From Candidatus Glassbacteria bacterium (GTDB taxonomy: Bacteria > Gemmatimonadota > Glassbacteria > GWA2-58-10): a stretch of DNA of 64,000 nt. This document shows positions 58,170-64,000 of the stretch, in pieces (position 1 is the first letter of the stretch; every line of letters begins with the position of its first letter). Both the position numbers and the translations under genes were made by a program. The notes under the pieces were generated by a model. That model worked only from the letters and a program-made list of their open reading frames with translations. It ran no database searches and was not told the DNA's origin. Location: contig VRUH01000004.1 in the NCBI GenBank assembly GCA_019456185.1, positions 11,131 to 75,130 of the forward strand. Direction: 5' to 3'.

Positions 58170-59156
58170 TCAGCCGCCGATCAGCAGCAGTTCCCAGTCC
58201 TCGCTGTGCACCGAGCGTTCCATCGCCTCCAGCGCCGCGATAGGCGGGATCAGGCTCTCGTGGCTGCGCGGCTCCTCGCCGGTCTGGAACATCCTGATCA
58301 TCTTCGAATACATGTAGTCCGTGCCGTTCTCGACTTCGAACCGGGGCTTGATCTGCTGCAAGCCCTTGCTCAAGCCCACGTACAGGTCCCAGCCGCTTAC
58401 GGGCACGTAGGTGGCAATCAGCCCGCCGGTGTACTTGAACTGGAACGTGAAACGGCCCCGGTTGCGGGTTGCACGCACTGCCTCCACATCATCGCCGAAG
58501 AACCTGAACAGGCGTTCGACCGTGTGGATGCCATAGAAGAAAATGCCGCCGTACTTGCTGGTAATACTGCTGGGGCCGGTGATCACCACCGAGCGGATAT
58601 CATCCGGGTCGAGCGCGGCCACCTGGGCCACCATATCATCCATTACCGGGTTGACCGCGGCCGAACTCATCGAGGTGATCGGCGTGCCCTTGCTCTCGGC
58701 GATCTCGATCAGCTTGAGCCCGTTTTTGGCCCGGTAGCAGAAGGGTTTGTCGACGAAGGTGGGGATCCCGGCCTCGACAAACGGGATCGCCGAGGCGACG
58801 TGGTACTTGGCATGGCGATGGTCGATAATCAGCGCATCGATCTGACCCATCAACTCGCTCTGGTGCTTGACTATCTTGGGAATGCGGCCCTTTTCGGCGG
58901 CGTTGCGCGCGAACTCGTCGGTTTCGCCCCAGACGGCCACCACCTCGACCCCCGGGAACATCTTACGCTCGTTGAACGTCCTGCCGATCCCGATAGTGTG
59001 GCTGTTCTCGGCCCCGATAATACCCACGCGGACTTTTTTGCCCGTGCCCGTATCCGGCGGTCCGGGAGCGGTCTGTGCCCGCACGGCCGCTGCGGCTGTC
59101 AGCGCTGCCAGCGCTCCAGCACCGAGCGTATGCATGAACTGGCGGCGATCTGTCAT
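58170..59156 (-). CDS. Tat-exported Gfo/Idh/MocA-family oxidoreductase
   Basis: MTDRRQFMHTLGAGALAALTAAAAVRAQT twin-arginine signal; VRVGIIGAENSH Rossmann; AGGAGG SD. Confidence 0.8.
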   Translation of the reverse strand: MTDRRQFMHTLGAGALAALTAAAAVRAQTAPGPPDTGTGKKVRVGIIGAENSHTIGIGRTFNERKMFPGVEVVAVWGETDEFARNAAEKGRIPKIVKHQSELMGQIDALIIDHRHAKYHVASAIPFVEAGIPTFVDKPFCYRAKNGLKLIEIAESKGTPITSMSSAAVNPVMDDMVAQVAALDPDDIRSVVITGPSSITSKYGGIFFYGIHTVERLFRFFGDDVEAVRATRNRGRFTFQFKYTGGLIATYVPVSGWDLYVGLSKGLQQIKPRFEVENGTDYMYSKMIRMFQTGEEPRSHESLIPPIAALEAMERSVHSEDWELLLIGG

Positions 59157-59271
59157 CGCGTCCTCCTGAAAAAACTGAGTTTTATGATGGAGAAACCCGG
59201 TCGGTTAAAAACCCGCAACAGAGAAGGGGCTCGGTTGCAGGCCCCATTCCGATTGAAACCAGGCACAAGTC

Positions 59272-60627
59272 TTATCCTACTTCCGGTACTTCCTTCAGGG
59301 CTTCCTCGATCATGGCCGCCGGGTACTCGTAATCCTCGAGGGCATGCTCGTGGTACTTCTCATAAGCGGTAAGGTCCAGGTGGCCGTGGCCGCTGAAGTT
59401 GAAGGCGATACATTTCTCCTCGCCGCTTTCCTTGCATTTCAGCGCTTCGATAATCGCGGCGCGGACAGCGTGGGTCGTCTCGGGAGCGGGAATGATCCCC
59501 TCGGTCTGGGCGAACAGCGTACCGGCCTCGAAACACTCGATCTGGTGCAGGCTCATCGCCTCGATCAGGCCCAGTTCCTTGAGGTGGCTCACCAGCGGGG
59601 CCATCCCGTGGTAGCGCAGGCCGCCGGCGTGGATACCGGGCGGGACAAACACGTGGCCCAGGGTGTACATTTTCAGCAGCGGAGTCATCTGGCCCGTGTC
59701 GCCGAAATCGTAGCGGAATGGACCCTTGGTCAAGGTGGGGCAGGCGGCCGGCTCGATGGCGATAATGCGGATGTCCTTGCCGCCGATCTTATCCGGGATG
59801 AACGGGAAAACGAACCCGGCAAAATTACTGCCGCCGCCCGCGCAGCCGATCAGCACGTCGGGAAAATCGCCGGCTATCTCGAACTGGAGTTTCGCTTCCT
59901 GGCCGATCACGGTCTGGTGGAGCATCACGTGGTTCAGCACGCTGCCGAGCGAGTAGTTGGTATCGTCGTGGGTGGCGGCGTCCTCCACCGCCTCGCTGAT
60001 CGCCATCCCCAGGCTGCCGGTGGTGCCGGGGAAGCGTTCGTTGAACGCTCGTCCGCTCTGGGTCCGGTCGCTGGGACTGGAATAGACTTCGGCGTTCCAG
60101 ATATGCATCAGGTTCTTGCGCATCGGTTTCTGCTCGTAACTGACCCGCACCATGTAAACCGTGCATTCCAGACCGAATTTGTTGCAGGCCAGGGCCAGCG
60201 CGCTGCCCCACTGACCCGCTCCGGTCTCGGTGGAGATCCGCTTGATACCGGCTTCCTTGTTGTAGTATACCTGGGCCACCGATGTATTGGGCTTGTGGCT
60301 GCCGGCCGGACTGACGCTCTCGTTTTTGTAGTAGATTCTGGCCGGCGTGCCCAGGGCTTTCTCCAGGTTAAACGCCCTGTGCAGCGGGGTCGGCCGCCAG
60401 ATTTTGAGCATATCGTTGATCGGGTCGGGAATCTCGATCCAGCGCTCGGAGGAAACTTCCTGCTGGATCAGCGCCATCGGGAAGATCGGCGCCAGCGCCT
60501 CGGGTCCCAGCGGCTTGCCGTCGGCCGGATTCAGCGGAGGAGCCATCGGCGCGGGCAGGTCCGCGACAACGTTGTACCACTTCTGGACCAGATCCTTTTC
60601 AGAGAGAACAATCCGGTAGTCGGCCAT
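59272..60627 (-). CDS. TrpB2-type tryptophan-synthase-beta-like PLP-dependent enzyme
   Basis: 451 aa; PLP-lysine region SHKPNT; [13 protein letters not shown]; GGGSNFAGF. This is the long TrpB2 form. Confidence 0.8.
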   Translation of the reverse strand: MADYRIVLSEKDLVQKWYNVVADLPAPMAPPLNPADGKPLGPEALAPIFPMALIQQEVSSERWIEIPDPINDMLKIWRPTPLHRAFNLEKALGTPARIYYKNESVSPAGSHKPNTSVAQVYYNKEAGIKRISTETGAGQWGSALALACNKFGLECTVYMVRVSYEQKPMRKNLMHIWNAEVYSSPSDRTQSGRAFNERFPGTTGSLGMAISEAVEDAATHDDTNYSLGSVLNHVMLHQTVIGQEAKLQFEIAGDFPDVLIGCAGGGSNFAGFVFPFIPDKIGGKDIRIIAIEPAACPTLTKGPFRYDFGDTGQMTPLLKMYTLGHVFVPPGIHAGGLRYHGMAPLVSHLKELGLIEAMSLHQIECFEAGTLFAQTEGIIPAPETTHAVRAAIIEALKCKESGEEKCIAFNFSGHGHLDLTAYEKYHEHALEDYEYPAAMIEEALKEVPEVG

Positions 60628-60929
60628 CTTTTAAACTCCGTGGAATGCTTAACAAAACCAGTGCGGACAGGTTGATAACGAAAGAAAGCAATAGTTAACA
60701 CCTGACTCAGCACGTGTCAAATTTTTCTCGTTAATGTCCTGACCCGTGCCGGAGGTGGTTTCAGCGGCGTGCCCGTAAGATTGTGTTGATAATCGATTTG
60801 CGGCGTTTTAGATTGTTCACCTCTCTGGCGGGTATGTCTCGTGTTTTTTCCCGCCGACGACTTGGGCGGGAACCATCGCCGCCGGCATGGCAGCCTGGCA
60901 TTCGGCCTGTAAAGAGAGCAGCGGGAGTG

Positions 60930-61742
60930 ATGGAGATAATCGACGCCCATACCCATTTTTTTCCCGATCAGGTGGCGGCCGGGGCGATCTCCAGGCTGGA
61001 GGCGTCATCCGGGGAGAAAGCCTTCCACGACGGCACCCTGGCGGGCTTGCTCGGCTCGATGGATAAAGCCGGGATAGCGACCAGTCTGGTCCTGCCGGTG
61101 GCGACCAACCCGGAGAAAGTGTCATCGCTCAACCGCTTCTCCGCCTCGCTTGGCCAGGAGCGGGTGGTGATGGCCGGGGCGCTGCACCCCAGGTCACTGT
61201 CCTGGCGCGAGGAGCTGGACGAAATGCTGGAGTTGGGATTCAGGTCGCTCAAGCTGCATCCCGATTACCAGGAATTCTATCCGGACGACCCTGAGCTGCT
61301 GCCGTTTTTCGCCGCGGTCCGCGATGCCGGGGTGACGGTGATTTTCCACGCCGGGGCCGACCTGAGCTACAAGCCGCCCTACGGCGGCCCGCCCGCGCGG
61401 ATCGCCCGGCTGATGGACAGCCTGCCGGGACTGCGGGTCTACGCCACCCACATGGGCGGTTTCCGGATGTGGGATGAAGCGGAGCGCTGCCTGGTGGGCC
61501 GCGAGGACGTGGTGCTGGACACCTCGTTCAGTTTCGGCTACATGCCCGCTGAGCGGATCAGGTCGATAATCCGGGACCACGGCGCCGACCGGGTGATGTT
61601 CGGCTCCGACAGCCCCTGGCTCGATCAGAGCGAGCAGGTGGCTAAGCTGAGGCGGCTGGCTCTGGAGAGCGAAACCGAGGAAAAAATTCTCGGCCGCAAC
61701 GCGCGCCGTCTGCTCGATGGCTGGATTGTACCGGCGGAATAA
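60930..61742 (+). CDS. Amidohydrolase-2-family (PF04909-like) TIM-barrel metal-dependent hydrolase
   Basis: MEIIDAHTHFF metal-binding HxH start; GGGAG SD. The track's longer ORF begins upstream without support. Confidence 0.7.
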   Translation: MEIIDAHTHFFPDQVAAGAISRLEASSGEKAFHDGTLAGLLGSMDKAGIATSLVLPVATNPEKVSSLNRFSASLGQERVVMAGALHPRSLSWREELDEMLELGFRSLKLHPDYQEFYPDDPELLPFFAAVRDAGVTVIFHAGADLSYKPPYGGPPARIARLMDSLPGLRVYATHMGGFRMWDEAERCLVGREDVVLDTSFSFGYMPAERIRSIIRDHGADRVMFGSDSPWLDQSEQVAKLRRLALESETEEKILGRNARRLLDGWIVPAE

Positions 61743-61775
61743 GGCCGGCTGTCTGTCACCGCGCAATGATCCCGT

Positions 61776-62747
61776 TCAAGCTATCGAGACATCGTTGGGG
61801 CTGGTCGATTCGATCAGGAAATCGTAGCAATTGTCCTTGTTTTTCTCGTCGGCCCGCAATTTCATCGCCTGGCGGGGATGCTGGTTCAGGTGGCCGCTGA
61901 TCCCGTAGATGTCGTTGAAGCCCCACTCGATCGTTTTGCGCAGCGGCACGAATTCTTCCTGGATCACCCTGTAGAGAGACCGCACGTCGAACTTCGGGTT
62001 CTTGAGGAAATTCAGCAGCAGTTCCAGGTTGCAGTTACCCGCGCCCCGGCCGATCCCGCTGACCGTGGCGTCAAGCAGGTTGACCCCGTCGATTATCGCC
62101 TGCTGGGTGTTGGAGAAAGCGAGCTGCTGGTTGTTATGGGCGTGGAAGCCGAGTTCCTTGTTCGGTGCGTACTTGCGGTAGAGATCCAGATAATAGGTGA
62201 TCTGCTCGGAATAGAACGCGCCGAAACTGTCCACCAGGTAGAGGTAGTCGATCTCCTTGACCTCATTGACCTGACTCAGCGATTCGATCAGATCGCTCTC
62301 GATCGCGGCGGAGACGGCCATGATGTTGACCGTGGTCTGGTAGCCCAGGTCCTTGGAGCGCTTGACCAGGTCGATTCCCTTGTCGATATCGGGTACGTAG
62401 CAGGCCACGCGGATCATGTCCAGCGGGCTGTCATCGATCGGTTTCAGCTTCGAGACGTCAACCCGCCCGACATCGTACATCACCGCCACCAGCGGCCGGA
62501 ACTCCGAATCGCAGGAATCGATTACCGCTTTGATGTCCTCGTCGTCGCAGAAATTCCATTTGCCGAATTTTTCCCTGGTGTATTCGTCGCTCACTTCGAG
62601 CTTCTTGCCGAGCTCGATAATATCGACTCCCGCCGCGCAGACCGCCCGGTAGACAGCTTTGACAAAATCGTCGGTGAACTGGTAGTTGTTGATCAGGCCA
62701 CCATCGCGGATCGTGCAGTCCAGAACTTTGATTTCCTCGCGAAACAT
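61776..62747 (-). CDS. HMGL-like / DRE-TIM metallolyase-family aldolase
   Basis: DCTIRDGG and GFHAHNN motifs; GGAAGGAG SD before ATG 62747. Confidence 0.75.
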   Translation of the reverse strand: MFREEIKVLDCTIRDGGLINNYQFTDDFVKAVYRAVCAAGVDIIELGKKLEVSDEYTREKFGKWNFCDDEDIKAVIDSCDSEFRPLVAVMYDVGRVDVSKLKPIDDSPLDMIRVACYVPDIDKGIDLVKRSKDLGYQTTVNIMAVSAAIESDLIESLSQVNEVKEIDYLYLVDSFGAFYSEQITYYLDLYRKYAPNKELGFHAHNNQQLAFSNTQQAIIDGVNLLDATVSGIGRGAGNCNLELLLNFLKNPKFDVRSLYRVIQEEFVPLRKTIEWGFNDIYGISGHLNQHPRQAMKLRADEKNKDNCYDFLIESTSPNDVSIA

Positions 62748-62962
62748 CGGGCGGTCTCCTTCCAATGGGAATCTACAGTACTACGGTGCAATGGTTTGCG
62801 TAATAATGTCATCTCGTCCAGAGTATGGCGCTGTCCGAGGCAGGCAAACAGATTAATCACTTTTGCCCGAAACATCAAGGGTGCGCCGCCAGCAGCTTCC
62901 GGACTGCCTGGCAGTTTGTGATCCGGTAATGATTGTTTTACTTGATGAAAATTGCAGGTTCT

Positions 62963-64000
62963 TTAATTCTCCACCGCCAGAAATTTTTTCTTTTTCTCGT
63001 ATTTCCCCTTCCGATCCGCGCGCGCCAGCCCCTGGCGGATCAGCCGGAGATTGACAAACGTCCGGTTGGCCAGGTAGAGGTAAACCGGCCTGGTATCGCC
63101 GTTCGCTGCTTGCTCCGGGTCCTCGCGGAGGTAGACTTTCCTGCCGGCGGTGAGTTGGCGAAGGTACTGCACGGCTTGCGCCGTTTTACCTTTCAGGGGC
63201 CGCAGCCCGATCAGGCGCACAGCTTCTCCGTTGTCCAGTTCCAGCTCCACCGGGGATTTCACTTTCGCGATCCTGAAATAGTTCTCCCTGGGGCGTGAGC
63301 GTTCATTGACCCGCGAACCGTAGTTTTTCCTGCGCGGGCCGGTTTTGGCGGTCAGGCCCACCGGGTCCTTGAACCGGTAAGGCAGATCGTCGAGCAATCC
63401 CTCCGGGTCCACCGGTTCCCGCTCCGGCCGCGCTAGAGCCAATACCGGCGGGGAATCGCAATTGGCCATCCGCCGCACCAAAGACTCGAGGCACCGTTCG
63501 TTTATCTCATAGCCCACCGAGCTGCGGTCCAGCCGGGCGGCGGCGAGCGCCGTGGTCCCGGACCCGGCGAACGGGTCGAGCACGGTTTCGCCGCCGAAGG
63601 TGAACATCCTGATCAGCCGCCGGGGCAGCTCCTCGGGGAACGCGGCCAGATGGTTTCTCGAACGCTCTCCCGGTATCTTCCATTGCCCGCTGAAATATTC
63701 CGACCACTCACTGTTACTCAATTTTGCCGCTTCCTTGCGCTCGCGGCTGATTGCGGGGGCTTTGCCGGGTTTTTTGAACAGCAGGATAAACTCGTAGTTC
63801 AGCCGCAGAATCCCGTTGCGCGGATAGGGGAACGAACCCATCACGGTGCCGCCGCCGGTGGTGTGGGTGCTGGTCACCTTGCGCCAGATTATCGCGCCCA
63901 TGTAATCCAGTCCGGCGCTCTCGCAGAAGCGGATTATCTCGGTACGGATCGGGATCACCTTGTAGCGGCCGTAGTGGGCAGAGCGGGCGAACTGGTCGCC
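62963..64000 (-). CDS. Beta-class DNA methyltransferase (N4-C/N6-A, PF01555-like) with C-terminal degenerate SNase-like OB-fold domain; 5' end beyond the window
   Basis: Motif I LDPFAGSGTTALAA near the middle of the visible part. The frame is open to position 64000 (GDQFARSAHYGRYKVIPIR...); the DPPY motif is expected upstream. The C-terminal 150 aa (VELELDNGEAVRLIGLRPLKG...RPVYLYLANRTFVNLRLIRQGLA) resemble a thermonuclease fold lacking the catalytic D/E. Confidence 0.65.
   Translation of the reverse strand, partial: GDQFARSAHYGRYKVIPIRTEIIRFCESAGLDYMGAIIWRKVTSTHTTGGGTVMGSFPYPRNGILRLNYEFILLFKKPGKAPAISRERKEAAKLSNSEWSEYFSGQWKIPGERSRNHLAAFPEELPRRLIRMFTFGGETVLDPFAGSGTTALAAARLDRSSVGYEINERCLESLVRRMANCDSPPVLALARPEREPVDPEGLLDDLPYRFKDPVGLTAKTGPRRKNYGSRVNERSRPRENYFRIAKVKSPVELELDNGEAVRLIGLRPLKGKTAQAVQYLRQLTAGRKVYLREDPEQAANGDTRPVYLYLANRTFVNLRLIRQGLARADRKGKYEKKKKFLAVEN

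Noticed and set aside
60783-60929. N-terminal 49-aa extension of the amidohydrolase (MLIIDLRRFRLF...)
   Set aside because: Arg-rich low-complexity translation of a GC-rich leader. The conserved MEIIDAHTHFF start with its own SD is at 60930.
62933-63298. 121-aa plus-strand ORF inside the methyltransferase region
   Set aside because: It is antisense to the methyltransferase coding frame, which carries conserved motif I, and has no features of its own.

Overview
High-GC (about 62-65%) bacterial chromosomal segment, densely coding. It is dominated by secreted, lipoprotein and Tat-exported enzymes of a polysaccharide/uronate-degrading lifestyle. These include two tandem beta-helix proteins with C-terminal dockerin-like modules, a BNR/Asp-box propeller, an FG-GAP propeller with a DUF1080-type domain, an oligogalacturonide-lyase-like propeller, KduD-like SDR and KdgK-like PfkB genes, three Gfo/Idh/MocA oxidoreductases (two with Tat signals, one paired with a PmoA-like DUF6807 lipoprotein), two ~700-aa tandem alpha/beta-hydrolase paralogs, two secreted nitrilase-superfamily proteins, an M32 carboxypeptidase and a D-aminoacylase+RidA pair. 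The most system-like locus is a tightly coupled minus-strand operon at 10026-17802: a TonB-dependent SusC-like outer-membrane receptor, a 1081-aa protein ending in a type-IX-secretion C-terminal sorting domain, and a PorV-like outer-membrane channel. It is preceded by a divergently oriented, near-consensus promoter driving a tandem pair of 65-bp hairpin repeats (candidate small RNA) and by a ROK regulator. Two AT-rich islets (about 29.0-30.1 kb and 33.6-34.7 kb, roughly 35-40% GC against a ~63% background) each carry a single small gene on the opposite strand with HEPN/Abi-like features (one DUF4145-like with an N-terminal Zn-ribbon, one with an Rx4H motif). They bracket a four-gene secreted operon containing a duplicated novel lipoprotein family. 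The window ends with a partial beta-class DNA methyltransferase carrying a degenerate SNase-like C-terminal domain. A complete plus-strand mini-gene (promoter-like TATATA, SD, 31-aa hydrophobic peptide, intrinsic terminator) was found by eye in an otherwise minus-strand region. No rRNA, tRNA, CRISPR array, transposase or integrase was detected. GTG/TTG starts are frequent. Taxonomy is only inferred: T9SS PorV plus dockerins plus Tat-Gfo/Idh/MocA plus DUF1080 suggests an FCB-superphylum candidate lineage (for example Latescibacteria-like), low confidence.
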